Part shown: piece by piece, positions 8,457 to 17,182 of the stretch
How the letters are laid out: every line of letters starts with the position of its first letter
Position numbering within the stretch: the first letter of the stretch is position 1
Source: an uncultured Geobacter sp.
GTDB taxonomy: Bacteria > Desulfobacterota > Desulfuromonadia > Geobacterales > CAIOGM01
Assembly: GCA_903902855.1 (NCBI GenBank)
Contig: CAIUWK010000095.1
Span: forward strand, 5,887-69,886
Direction of reading: 5' to 3'
Length of the DNA stretch: 64,000 bases
Made by a program: the position numbers and the translations under genes
The notes under the pieces: model-generated
Databases searched by the model: none
What the model saw: only the letters and a program-made list of their open reading frames with translations
What the model was told of the DNA's origin: nothing

Positions 8457-9032
8457 CTAGAACGAGTACGTATATACCAGCTCAAAACCGCACGTGCGAT
8501 CATCCACGAATTTCTCGAAGTACTTCACCCCGACTTCGTGCTGTTTACTGATCTTGTATGCTGCACCGAATTTCCAGGTATTTGTATTGTAATTGTTGTT
8601 ACGGTCAAAGGCGTCACGATGCCTCATGCTGACGTTCAGATCAAAGGTGTTGTCAACGACTGTCCAGACCAGTCCCGGTTCGATGGTGTAGTAGGGACAG
8701 TTCTTTTGTTGGGTAAATTTCTCGCCGATGCCCAAGCGGAGGGTCCCCTTGACCGGTCCGAACAGTTTCTGATCATAACGGACACGCGCTTCCAGCTTTG
8801 TTTCCATATCCTTGGTCAGGGAGTCCTGCTCTCCCTCAAACTTCAAGTCAACCTTGAAGCCGTTATCGAATTTATAGCCGGGGGCAATCGAAAAGGCATT
8901 TATCGAATCATGAGGCTGATTCTTGTTGTTCTCATACTCATACTCGAACGTCATAAACCCACCTGCTCCAAAGGCAGGCACACTGCTCAACAGACACAAG
9001 ACCGTAACTAAAATTTTTCCAAAATTCCTCAT
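8457..9032 (-). CDS. Small outer-membrane beta-barrel protein (present only in copy A)
   Basis: The start is at MRNFGK (9032) after an AAGGAGGA SD. The protein has a signal peptide, alternating amphipathic beta-strand pattern, and the C-terminal YTYSF with terminal Phe typical of OM barrels. Confidence 0.6.
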   Translation of the reverse strand: MRNFGKILVTVLCLLSSVPAFGAGGFMTFEYEYENNKNQPHDSINAFSIAPGYKFDNGFKVDLKFEGEQDSLTKDMETKLEARVRYDQKLFGPVKGTLRLGIGEKFTQQKNCPYYTIEPGLVWTVVDNTFDLNVSMRHRDAFDRNNNYNTNTWKFGAAYKISKQHEVGVKYFEKFVDDRTCGFELVYTYSF

Positions 9033-9135
9033 ACATTCCTCCTTTTCCACATATAGTTCGGATAGTTACCCTGTTATCGCTCCACCTTTTGGCCGATGAC
9101 TCCCTTTTATATTAATAAAAATTTTAATGTAGACA

Positions 9136-9165
9136 TTAATATCACATGAGAGATGCACGTGTCAA
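9136..9165 (-). promoter_or_regulatory. Candidate sigma-70 promoter for cassette A
   Basis: The minus-strand read is TTGACA (9165-9160), an 18-nt spacer, then TATTAA (9141-9136). It lies in an AT-rich gap about 105 nt upstream of 9032 and just downstream of the copy-B terminator. Confidence 0.35.
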
Positions 9166-9262
9166 GCAGTTCTAATATGATATGGAGTGGGGGGGGTAAT
9201 TGATGGCGGAATATTATCAATCTGGAAATTGAACTTTCGTGTTCTTTAAAAAAGGCAAACAT

Positions 9263-9299
9263 AAAAGAACGGCGGGGCAATGAGCCCCGCCGTTCTTTT
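9263..9299 (-). terminator. Strong (bidirectional-looking) Rho-independent terminator after cassette B
   Basis: A 16-bp perfect stem, AAAAGAACGGCGGGGC (9263-9278) paired with GCCCCGCCGTTCTTTT (9284-9299), encloses a 5-nt loop. T-runs occur on both strands. It lies 30 nt downstream of the stop at 9329. Confidence 0.8.
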
Positions 9300-9328
9300 A
9301 TTGCGTTAAAAAATGCGAGTGACTGCTG

Positions 9329-11842
9329 CTACCTGATCGGGAAGTCTACGTATGACACATGAGTCCCGCCCGCGTCATCATATTCGAGTTTCCATCTGAT
9401 CTGTAAATCACTCACAGGATAGCGCCGGTCGATTTGGTATGAGAAGGTATCGATGGACGTCTTGACCGAAACGCTTGGTATGGAACCGAAGTTGACATTG
9501 CCGTCCACCACGCGGACCGGTGCCGGCCAGGACGACAGGGTTGATTTCACGTTATTTGCCGGAGCGTTCCCCCTGTTGCGCATATCGAATTTGTAGGTGT
9601 ATTCGTAGACGAACGTGCTAACTCGCCGTTCGCTAATTTTTACATAATGCTCGGGCCAGAGGTCTACTACGAAAACCTGAGCATTAGCCTGGGAAGTGGC
9701 GATAAGGCCGTCGTTGTCGGTAACCTTCAGGCCGATGACTCCTTGATACGGGGTCAACCAGGTTTTCTGGACTGTGGGGCTTGAGCCGCTGTTAGTTTCA
9801 TAGGTGCCATTCCCGTCAAGGTCCCACTCATACTTGACGATGGAGCTACCGAGGTTCGGCGAGTAGGAGGCAGAACCGTTGAAGGTAATCGGCGTTCCTA
9901 TCACGCCATTGTACGGACCGCCCGCATTAGCGACCGGCGGCACCTTGGTGGTGGTGATGGTGACCGGAATAATTGTTTCCGCAAATTCCTGAGGTGATGA
10001 GTTGTCGCTCACTCGGAGTTTTGCGTTGATCGTATAGTCTGCCGGAGGCGACTTTTCCGGATATCCGGTATAGACGATCGGGCCGGAAACCGGGAAGCTT
10101 CCGGTCAGATCATAGACGCCATCCCCGTCCACATCGATCCACCATTTGGAGAGAGACTTGGTGGGATCCTGATGGTAAGAGGCACGGATGTCGAAATTAA
10201 CCGGCGCAGGATGGAGCGCCGTGCTCGCCGGTGTGGGGTTGGGGGAGGCAGTCATTATGGCGACGGGGCGCAAGGTGAAGACGTTCCTGGTCAGGATCTC
10301 GACACTAAACGAGGTGTCAAGAACATACTGAGTGTAGCCCCAAGCGTACCATGAGCCATCAGCAGCCTGGTTGTCGATGAGCCAACTGCTGTATTCGTCG
10401 TACCAATCCCAGCCTGGAGCTGATCCCAGGAGTTGAATTTCCGAGTAGACGCCGCCAAGTTTAGCGATGCGGGCACCCTTCGTTATCGAATACATGTAGT
10501 ACGTATTACCGGTGCCGCGTTCGCCGGGTACGAGTCGGAGAAAGTTGCCTGCCCTTGTAATATTCGGATCATTTTTTTGTTTGCCCTGAAATGAAAGCTG
10601 GCATATCCCGGCTCCGGTCAAGGCGGCATAGCCGCCGGTCCCTGTACATGAAGGACAGGTGTAGCCAAAGAGGCCATCATAAACATCACCGGAAACATAT
10701 TGGCTGTAATTGGTCCAGTTGATGTTGTCGTTCTTGATTTTCGCCCGGATCGGGACTCCCCAGATGAACTCCGCAGCCTCCATGCCGATGGCGGGCCACT
10801 GGCAGGCGGAGTTATCCGGGAAATAGCCGGGGCCATACCGCCAACCACCATAATTGGGGTCGGTGTACTGGGCATAGTCGGCATAGTCGACCATGTCCCC
10901 GACGAGATCGCGGTAGGTTCTGCCGATCACACCGGCAGGCCCGGTGGTGGCAATCAGGTTAGGGGCACCTTCGGGGTTGGGCGTAATACCATCCGGTTTT
11001 AAGGCTGGAGCATTCTCACCCGCGCCGACCAAGGCAGTCATAAACATCCCTATTTTGTAGGGTGAACGGGAATCAGACCAGTACGGTGAGTAGCTGTCGA
11101 CAACCATGAGGCCGTTCGGCACAGCCGGATGATTGTCATAGGCAGGAGAGGTAACACTGACGGCTACGAGGTTTGAAATGGCGGCATCAAGCCCCTTGTG
11201 TACTGTCTCGGCATAGATGCGCCCTTTCTCCCAGATGGCCCGGTCGGCCGCATCAACGACGCCATCGCCGTTCAGATCCTTGGTGCAGGGCTTGTGACCC
11301 CGGTTTTCGAAGGCGAGGACTGCTGAAGCAGTCTCGGCGCCCCAGGAGTTGTAGCTGTTGACATAATAGATTTCGCCACCGGCGCCCTGCCGGAGATAGA
11401 GCCATTTCAGCCCTTTCTCGATGGCCAGTTCGATCCGGGCATCCTTGTCAACGACAGTTTTTACGTAAATATGGACCGTGGCGCTGTCCGAAAGACCGTT
11501 GCCGTCAGTCACGGTCAGGGTTGCATCGACGGGGCCCCCAGCCGAGTAGGTGTGATATGCAGAGATGTATTTGGCGTTGGTAACCGCTCCGGAGACCACG
11601 GGGGTCCCATCGCCAAAGTTCCAGATGTACGTACCTGACGCGGAGTCTCCCCACTTCACATTACCCCAGACGTCAAGCGAGTTCCCCACCCAGGTATAGG
11701 AACTCTGAACAGTGTTCCCGCTCGGCATGACATTTATGCTTGGACCGGTCAGCGCAAAAGCAGTCGAACTCCAGCCCATCATGCACAACATCCACAGGGC
11801 AAGAAGAGCCCTGATGCCCCAACTTTGTTTCCGGTAGTTCAT
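9329..11842 (-). CDS. Secreted multidomain PKD / alpha-alpha-toroid / PKD protein (copy B)
   Basis: This 837-aa ORF has an AAGGAGG SD and a signal peptide. It carries WNFGDGT and YEWDLDGNG PKD motifs and central toroid-like repeats (YGGWRYG, NQAADGSWY). It is collinear with 800-3241. Confidence 0.7.
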   Translation of the reverse strand: MNYRKQSWGIRALLALWMLCMMGWSSTAFALTGPSINVMPSGNTVQSSYTWVGNSLDVWGNVKWGDSASGTYIWNFGDGTPVVSGAVTNAKYISAYHTYSAGGPVDATLTVTDGNGLSDSATVHIYVKTVVDKDARIELAIEKGLKWLYLRQGAGGEIYYVNSYNSWGAETASAVLAFENRGHKPCTKDLNGDGVVDAADRAIWEKGRIYAETVHKGLDAAISNLVAVSVTSPAYDNHPAVPNGLMVVDSYSPYWSDSRSPYKIGMFMTALVGAGENAPALKPDGITPNPEGAPNLIATTGPAGVIGRTYRDLVGDMVDYADYAQYTDPNYGGWRYGPGYFPDNSACQWPAIGMEAAEFIWGVPIRAKIKNDNINWTNYSQYVSGDVYDGLFGYTCPSCTGTGGYAALTGAGICQLSFQGKQKNDPNITRAGNFLRLVPGERGTGNTYYMYSITKGARIAKLGGVYSEIQLLGSAPGWDWYDEYSSWLIDNQAADGSWYAWGYTQYVLDTSFSVEILTRNVFTLRPVAIMTASPNPTPASTALHPAPVNFDIRASYHQDPTKSLSKWWIDVDGDGVYDLTGSFPVSGPIVYTGYPEKSPPADYTINAKLRVSDNSSPQEFAETIIPVTITTTKVPPVANAGGPYNGVIGTPITFNGSASYSPNLGSSIVKYEWDLDGNGTYETNSGSSPTVQKTWLTPYQGVIGLKVTDNDGLIATSQANAQVFVVDLWPEHYVKISERRVSTFVYEYTYKFDMRNRGNAPANNVKSTLSSWPAPVRVVDGNVNFGSIPSVSVKTSIDTFSYQIDRRYPVSDLQIRWKLEYDDAGGTHVSYVDFPIR

Positions 11843-11925
11843 GGTGACCTCCTTATGGTATCTGATAATACGTGAGGCTAAAGAAAACCGACTAGACCCT
11901 CACGGTCTCCCGTTCGAGTTCGCTG

Positions 11926-12507
11926 TCAGCTTTTTTTCCTTTTTAAGAAGGCAAGGCCGGCGAGACCACCTCCCAGCAGCAGGATCGTGGAGGGCTCGGG
12001 AACGCCTGAAGGCTGCGAATATTGCGTGTACCCGCTGTCAAGGAGATTATACCCTCCCGCTTGGTCGAAGTTGCCCACAAGGTAGTAGAGATGATCTAAG
12101 GTTGCGCCTTGCTGCATGTCGAATGATACCGTAAAACCGCTGAGGCTGCTCCCGGGGGCAACGCCACTGCCGGCGGCATCGGAGTTAAAAATACCAGGAT
12201 TATCGATGGCGCTTGGCTGGAAGGAATAGGAAAACCACCCCACGGGACTGTTGACGCCCACATCGTCAGGAACAAAATTGGAAAATTCCGCGGTTTGCGT
12301 AAAGTTTAGACCGTCCACCGTCTGTCCGAAATAGACCGACAGCCACTGGATCGGATCCGCCAGGGTGTCATTCTCGATGGTGTAGTTGATCGTATACCCA
12401 GTCCCTGAGCCCGAAGGGTTTTGGTACTTCACTACTGTTGCCGATACTGTCGATACCATCCCCACAAGGAGACTACCTGCCAGCAATGCTAAGATTAATT
12501 TTTTCAT
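11926..12507 (-). CDS. PEP-CTERM sorting-domain protein (copy B)
   Basis: The C-terminus is VPEPSTILLLGGGLAGLAFLKRKKS. The start is at MKKLILALL (12507) after an AGGAGGTGAGAGG SD. A sigma-54 promoter lies upstream. Confidence 0.85.
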   Translation of the reverse strand: MKKLILALLAGSLLVGMVSTVSATVVKYQNPSGSGTGYTINYTIENDTLADPIQWLSVYFGQTVDGLNFTQTAEFSNFVPDDVGVNSPVGWFSYSFQPSAIDNPGIFNSDAAGSGVAPGSSLSGFTVSFDMQQGATLDHLYYLVGNFDQAGGYNLLDSGYTQYSQPSGVPEPSTILLLGGGLAGLAFLKRKKS

Positions 12508-12599
12508 CCTCTCACCTCCTAGTTGTGATCTTCGCACTCGCTTCGAAACGGCGGCGAGTATCCATTAATGCCTAAATTTTACTGATAGCGAAACGTAAA

Positions 12600-12615
12600 T
12601 GCAATACATATGCCA
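12600..12615 (-). promoter_or_regulatory. Sigma-54 (-24/-12) promoter of PEP-CTERM gene B
   Basis: The minus-strand read is TGGCAT-atgta-TTGCA, a near-perfect match to TGGCAC-N5-TTGCW. It sits about 93 nt upstream of the start at 12507. Confidence 0.65.
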
Positions 12616-12774
12616 GTTAATGCGCTTGAGTCGGCAGAAGGATCAATAACAATAAACCAATACCCGACCTCTCCCAACACAAGTAAAAAGGCGTTCTACA
12701 AAGAGAAAAGGTGTATCCGTATCCGGAGTATCAGAGGAGTAAACTTACAGGCAACTTTCCGGCGGCACTGGCGT

Positions 12775-12824
12775 GTGTCGGCTTTCTTTACACCTTACGG
12801 TGACTAGTGTCGGATTTCTTTACA
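12775..12824 (-). promoter_or_regulatory. Tandem direct-repeat candidate enhancer (UAS), copy B
   Basis: GTGTCGGCTTTCTTTACA (12775-12792) and GTGTCGGATTTCTTTACA (12807-12824) match at 17 of 18 positions and are 32 bp apart. They lie about 160-210 bp upstream of the sigma-54 element. Confidence 0.45.
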
Positions 12825-12909
12825 GTAGCGTTCACATGCAGAGGAGAAGAAGGAGGAGATGCTGTGGTAACAGTCGGCAGGGTACGGAGACCACCGTGGA
12901 GGAACGCGC

Positions 12910-13638
12910 TCAATCTCCCCGGACAAAGCGCTGACCAGCCAGGGTCAGAACGGCACCGCCGATCCCGGCCGCCAACCAGACGGGAGAGATCAGAGCGGCC
13001 ATGACGACGCCGTCCAGCAGAGAGATCCCGGCCAGAAGTATCGGCACCAGAGGCACCGCGTAGGGCTTGCTCCTCCTGTTTTCATGCCGCGCCACCGCGC
13101 TGATCAGGAGGACATAGCCGAACTGGAGGCATCCGGCGAGTATGACGGAGCTGCCGACCGTTCCGGATACCGCCACCGCCACGACCACGAAGACGGTCAT
13201 CCGGCAGCCGGCCATGAGCAGGATACTGAAATATCGGGACTGATGCAGGGTATCATAGGCGATGATGAGCAGGAGCAGTATCACGCCCGCCAGGAGCGCC
13301 AAGGGGTGAGGAACAACGACAAGTAGGGAGAGGGCCGTCGAAAACAGCACAATTGTAAAAACCCGGGCACCACGGGTCGACACCCGCCCTGAAGGGATAG
13401 GGCGTGAGGGACGCTTCAACCGGTCGACTCCGGCGTCGCAAAGGTCATTGAAGCACATTCCACCGGAGTAGAAGAGCGACAGCGAGAGCGCAAGGACAAC
13501 ATAGTGCCGCCAGGAAAATCCTCCCCCGGCAAGAAGGAGCGCCGCAAGGACGTTGGTCCAGACCGTCGGGAGGTTGCTGACCCGACAGAGCTCCAGGTAT
13601 GACTTGATGAGGGTGCGGGGCACTTGGTTCACTCGCAA
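12910..13638 (-). CDS. eboC: UbiA-family prenyltransferase, EboC-type
   Basis: The protein is polytopic and hydrophobic, with UbiA motifs (LELCRVSNLPTVWTNVL, NDLCDAGVDRLKRPSRPIPSGR). The start is TTG at 13638 or GTG at 13632, overlapping the eboF stop. Confidence 0.75.
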   Translation of the reverse strand: MRVNQVPRTLIKSYLELCRVSNLPTVWTNVLAALLLAGGGFSWRHYVVLALSLSLFYSGGMCFNDLCDAGVDRLKRPSRPIPSGRVSTRGARVFTIVLFSTALSLLVVVPHPLALLAGVILLLLIIAYDTLHQSRYFSILLMAGCRMTVFVVVAVAVSGTVGSSVILAGCLQFGYVLLISAVARHENRRSKPYAVPLVPILLAGISLLDGVVMAALISPVWLAAGIGGAVLTLAGQRFVRGD

Positions 13639-14996
13639 AAGATATGCTTCAGCAGCAGGTCACGAACCTGCTCTGCCTCGATGAGGGGAGCTTCAAGGAG
13701 TTCCGGTTCGGTGGTCATGAAAAGCGGCCCCTCGTCGGCTCGATCGGTGACCCGTCCGTGAGACCCCTTGACGAGGGAGGCGTCCAAGGGAATCACCTCC
13801 ATGAGGTAGCGAAAGCCGAGGGCTTTTTTCAGCAGGGTCCAGGCGATCTTCGCCTTGGGCGCCGGAAGCTTCGGATCCAGAAATAGTTCACAGGGATCGT
13901 ACCCCGGTTTGGCGTGGATGTTGACAGTACGGGCGTAATCCGGCGCCCGCGAGTCGTCGTTCCAGAAGTAGTAGGTAAACCAGCTCTCCCCACCGGCAAT
14001 GAGCAGCAGTTCCCCGCTTCGCTCATGGTCGAGACCGTACCTGCGCTTCCCCTCCGCGCCCAGTACCTGTTCTACTCCCGGCACTCCGGAAAAAAGATGT
14101 TGCACCGCCGGAATATCGTTTCGATTTTTCACATAGATGTGGGCGATCTGGTGGTCGGCCACGGCAAAGGCACGGCTGGTTCCAGGGTCCAGGTATTCCC
14201 GCCCCAGATCGACCTTGAGGCTAAGGAATCCGGCATCGCGCAGAATCCTGTTCGGATGGAGCGGGCGCGAAACCGGGGTAATGCCGTATTCGGAGAGGAC
14301 GATGACCCGACAACCGCGATTCCGGAAAAAGTCGATGAGTTTGCCGCAAAGGGTGTCGATCTCACTCAGGTCGCGGTCAAGATCCCCCTCCGGCCCGACC
14401 TTCTGGAGGATGTAATCCAGATGGGGAAGGTAGACAAGCTGGAGGGTTGGTTGATGCTCCTCCTCTATGGCCATGGCCGCCTTACCGATCCAGTCGCTGG
14501 CGGTGATGGAGGTGGCCGGTCCCCAGAACTGGAAGAGCGGAAACTGCCCGAACTCCCGGTTGAACCTCTCCCTCAGTTCCGGAGGGATACTGTAGCAGTC
14601 CGGCAGTTTCTTCCCGTCAGCGCAATAGAGCGGGCGGGGAGTCACCGCCCACTCCAGATCCGTTACCATGTTGTACCACCAGAAGGAGTTGGCGCAGGTA
14701 AACGCTGCGTCCCGCTGCCGCGCACTCTGCCAGATTTTTTCCGACTGGACGAGCCGGTTTGACTGGCGCCAGAACATGACCTCACCCAGATCCCGGAAAT
14801 ACCAGCCGTTACCGACGATGCCATGTTCCCTCGGCAGCTTGCCGGTGAGATAGGTCGTCTGCATGGTGCAGGTCACGGCCGGCGTGATGGCCCTGATATC
14901 GGCGCTCCCCTCAATAAGTTTATTCAGGTTGGGGGTCTTGGCGCCGAGGAGTGAGCGGGTCAGCCCCACCACGTTAAGGACAACAGTTCGTTTCAT
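13629..14996 (-). CDS. eboF: Alkaline-phosphatase-superfamily nucleotide pyrophosphatase/phosphodiesterase, EboF-type
   Basis: This 455-aa protein begins MKRTVVLNVVGLT...ITPAVTCTMQTTYLTGKLPREHGIVGNGW, the type I phosphodiesterase N-terminal catalytic-Thr region. Its start overlaps the eboE stop by 4 nt. Confidence 0.7.
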   Translation of the reverse strand: MKRTVVLNVVGLTRSLLGAKTPNLNKLIEGSADIRAITPAVTCTMQTTYLTGKLPREHGIVGNGWYFRDLGEVMFWRQSNRLVQSEKIWQSARQRDAAFTCANSFWWYNMVTDLEWAVTPRPLYCADGKKLPDCYSIPPELRERFNREFGQFPLFQFWGPATSITASDWIGKAAMAIEEEHQPTLQLVYLPHLDYILQKVGPEGDLDRDLSEIDTLCGKLIDFFRNRGCRVIVLSEYGITPVSRPLHPNRILRDAGFLSLKVDLGREYLDPGTSRAFAVADHQIAHIYVKNRNDIPAVQHLFSGVPGVEQVLGAEGKRRYGLDHERSGELLLIAGGESWFTYYFWNDDSRAPDYARTVNIHAKPGYDPCELFLDPKLPAPKAKIAWTLLKKALGFRYLMEVIPLDASLVKGSHGRVTDRADEGPLFMTTEPELLEAPLIEAEQVRDLLLKHIFCE

Positions 14997-16081
14997 CCCT
15001 TATGTCCTTTCAGCCACAGAAGCTCCCTGACAATTGACTGGTCAACGGTCTCCGCACGAAGTTCCGGCGGGAGGACATCCCAGGTGTAGGTCTCGACTTC
15101 CAGCAGCACCGTATCGTCCACGTGGGGGATCAAGGTGTCGATGAAGCAGCGGGTTGTCCCGTACTGCGGCATCTGTTCCACGAAGATGGGGAGGTGAAAG
15201 TGAACCCGCCACTCGTCGCCTTGGGCAGCGGGATGGAGCCGGAGGGCCGCAGGGAGATCATCATACCGTCGGATCATCCCCTCCCGGTCACGGATGACTG
15301 TCTGGTGCAGGTAGACCGGCTCACAGAACCGTTCCAGCAAGGTCCGGTCGGGATCGAGCATCCGGAGTGCGGAGGATATCTGAATCTTCCCCACCGGGAT
15401 ATCCGCGTCGGCAAGATGTTCCAGGCACGCTGCCGGCTCCTCGAACTCCACCGCCTGATGACAGCAGTCCAGGCAGATCCCCAGCATCGTCCGGAGAGAA
15501 TCGGGAAACGCCATCCGTTCGAAGAACCATACGACCTCTTCGGTTGTTTCCAGCAGACATCCCGGCTCCGGTTCCAGAGAGAGGATGATACTCTTGCCGC
15601 TCCTCTGCCGCAGGCAGTCGAGATGCTCCAGGGTTCTAAGGAGATTGCTCCTGACAACCGCCAGCTCCTCCTTCGGAAGAGTTTTTCCGAAACAGACCGG
15701 CACGGTGGATACAGACCCCTGCAGCCCAACCGGAAGCCACCGGTCCAAGAGCGTCACCAGCCGGGTGGTATATTCAACCCGCTCCGGCTGGCGCCAGTCG
15801 GGAAGATAAACCAGCTCTTTTACCCGTGCGCTATGGAATGATCCATAGGGAAAGCCGTTGATGGTCGGCACGAAGAGTTCGTGCCGCTGGAGCCACTCCA
15901 GAAAGCGACTCTCGGCAACTTGGTCCAATTCCATGGCGGCGCGCCGGGAGAGCCGTAGGCCCACCGGGAATGGTTCGACGGAGGAAAACTCGGATTTGAT
16001 GGCAGGCAGGTGACGGCGCAGGGTGCTGAAGGTTTCTTCCCAGCTTTCACCCGGGTGGATGTTGGTGCAGTAGGTGATCAC
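14993..16081 (-). CDS. eboE: Xylose-isomerase-like TIM-barrel protein, EboE-type
   Basis: The start is taken at the GTG at 16081, overlapping the eboB stop as GTGA. The protein begins VITYCTNIHPGESWEETF...INGFPYGSFH...VPVCFG. The upstream 72 codons of track ORF 14993-16297 overlap eboB and are Arg-rich noise. Confidence 0.7.
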   Translation of the reverse strand: MITYCTNIHPGESWEETFSTLRRHLPAIKSEFSSVEPFPVGLRLSRRAAMELDQVAESRFLEWLQRHELFVPTINGFPYGSFHSARVKELVYLPDWRQPERVEYTTRLVTLLDRWLPVGLQGSVSTVPVCFGKTLPKEELAVVRSNLLRTLEHLDCLRQRSGKSIILSLEPEPGCLLETTEEVVWFFERMAFPDSLRTMLGICLDCCHQAVEFEEPAACLEHLADADIPVGKIQISSALRMLDPDRTLLERFCEPVYLHQTVIRDREGMIRRYDDLPAALRLHPAAQGDEWRVHFHLPIFVEQMPQYGTTRCFIDTLIPHVDDTVLLEVETYTWDVLPPELRAETVDQSIVRELLWLKGHKG

Positions 16082-16881
16082 GCGGCGTGAAATTTGGGGG
16101 ACTGCCCAAGAAACGCCGCAGGATTGCCATGGAATACCTTCCGGATCAACTCTTCGGGGTGCCGGCGCATCCGCATTTCGTTGGCGGCCTTGACGGTTGC
16201 CAGGGGATCGCTGATCCCCCAGTCGGCGGCGGAGTTGAGCCAGATCATCTCGATTCCGTACCGCTCGAGGATGTCCACGGCCCTGGCGGGACTGCATTTG
16301 GAATTCGGATAGAGAGTCAGCCCGGCCCAGAAACCCCGGTCCTTGATCTCTCCGATGGTATGCTCTTCGGCGTGATCGATGATGACCCGTTCCGGTCGGA
16401 TCCGTGGTTCGTTCCGGATGGCGTCCATGATGAGGCGGGTCCCCTTGAGCTTGTCTTCAAGATGGGGAGTATGCACCAGGATCAGCTCATCCCGCTCTGC
16501 GGCCAGCGCAATCTGCAGCTCCAGTACCGTGACTTCATTCCTGCTGTTCTTGTTCAGGCCGATCTCCCCGACCCCCAGCGCCGTGGGGCGATCCAGGAAC
16601 TCCGGCATCACCGCCAGGACATCCCGTGCCAACGCAAGATCTTCGGCCTCCTTGGGGTTCAGGCAGATCCAGCAGTAATGCCGGATGCCGAACTTCGCGG
16701 CCCTGCCGGGCTCGGCAACGGTAAGCTGGTTGAAATAATCGCGAAACCCCTCTGCGGTTCCCCGGTCGAAGCCGGCCCAGAAGGCCGGCTCGGTCACGGC
16801 GTGGATGCCGGCCAAGGCCAGGGCCTGGTAGTCGTCGGTGGTCCTGGAGACCATGTGGATATGAGGGTCAATGATCTTCAC
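16078..16881 (-). CDS. eboB: TatD-family metal-dependent hydrolase, EboB-type
   Basis: MKIIDPHIHMVSRT carries the HxH metal motif, and GVGEIGLNKN...VLELQIALAAERDELILVHTPH...IIDHAEE is the TatD/amidohydrolase pattern. Confidence 0.75.
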   Translation of the reverse strand: MKIIDPHIHMVSRTTDDYQALALAGIHAVTEPAFWAGFDRGTAEGFRDYFNQLTVAEPGRAAKFGIRHYCWICLNPKEAEDLALARDVLAVMPEFLDRPTALGVGEIGLNKNSRNEVTVLELQIALAAERDELILVHTPHLEDKLKGTRLIMDAIRNEPRIRPERVIIDHAEEHTIGEIKDRGFWAGLTLYPNSKCSPARAVDILERYGIEMIWLNSAADWGISDPLATVKAANEMRMRRHPEELIRKVFHGNPAAFLGQSPKFHAA

Positions 16882-17182
16882 GAGTCACCTCCTGCCATGC
16901 TCCCACCGCGCTTTTCATCCCGGCGGAGCTTGGTATCGGCTCCGTGGTCGGGTCGCTCAAGCGATGGAGGATAGCTCCGGTCCGATTTCCGGATGGTGCC
17001 AGGAGACAACCGACAGCGTGCAGCACTGCCTGATAACGGAAATCTTTCCGTGCTTCGGCAGCATCATCGGCCCGCTCGATCCGGTCAAGAAACGCGGCGA
17101 TTTCGAGGATTCTCGCTCGATTCTCAAGAAACGTGCTTTCGAGGATCTCCTGTGCGGATAACGGACTTTTCAGAATGCTCAT
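16868..17182 (-). CDS. eboA: Small conserved protein in the eboA position (putative EboA)
   Basis: This 104-aa ORF is wedged between eboD and eboB, with a 59-nt overlap with eboD and a 14-nt overlap with eboB. Its N-terminus is conserved in the copy-A relic. The family assignment rests on position only. Confidence 0.45.
   Translation of the reverse strand: MSILKSPLSAQEILESTFLENRARILEIAAFLDRIERADDAAEARKDFRYQAVLHAVGCLLAPSGNRTGAILHRLSDPTTEPIPSSAGMKSAVGAWQEVTREDH

Noticed and set aside
12610-13004. Two 65-aa plus-strand ORFs in the eboC/PEP-CTERM spacer
   Set aside because: They overlie the sigma-54 promoter, the direct repeats and the eboC 3' end. They have no counterpart in copy A and show no coding-like features.
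16082-16297. 72-codon N-terminal extension of the eboE ORF (track ORF 14993-16297)
   Set aside because: The extension overlaps the eboB coding region in another frame and is Arg/Gly/Pro-rich. A GTG overlapping the eboB stop (GTGA) gives the family-typical VITYCTNIHPGE N-terminus.
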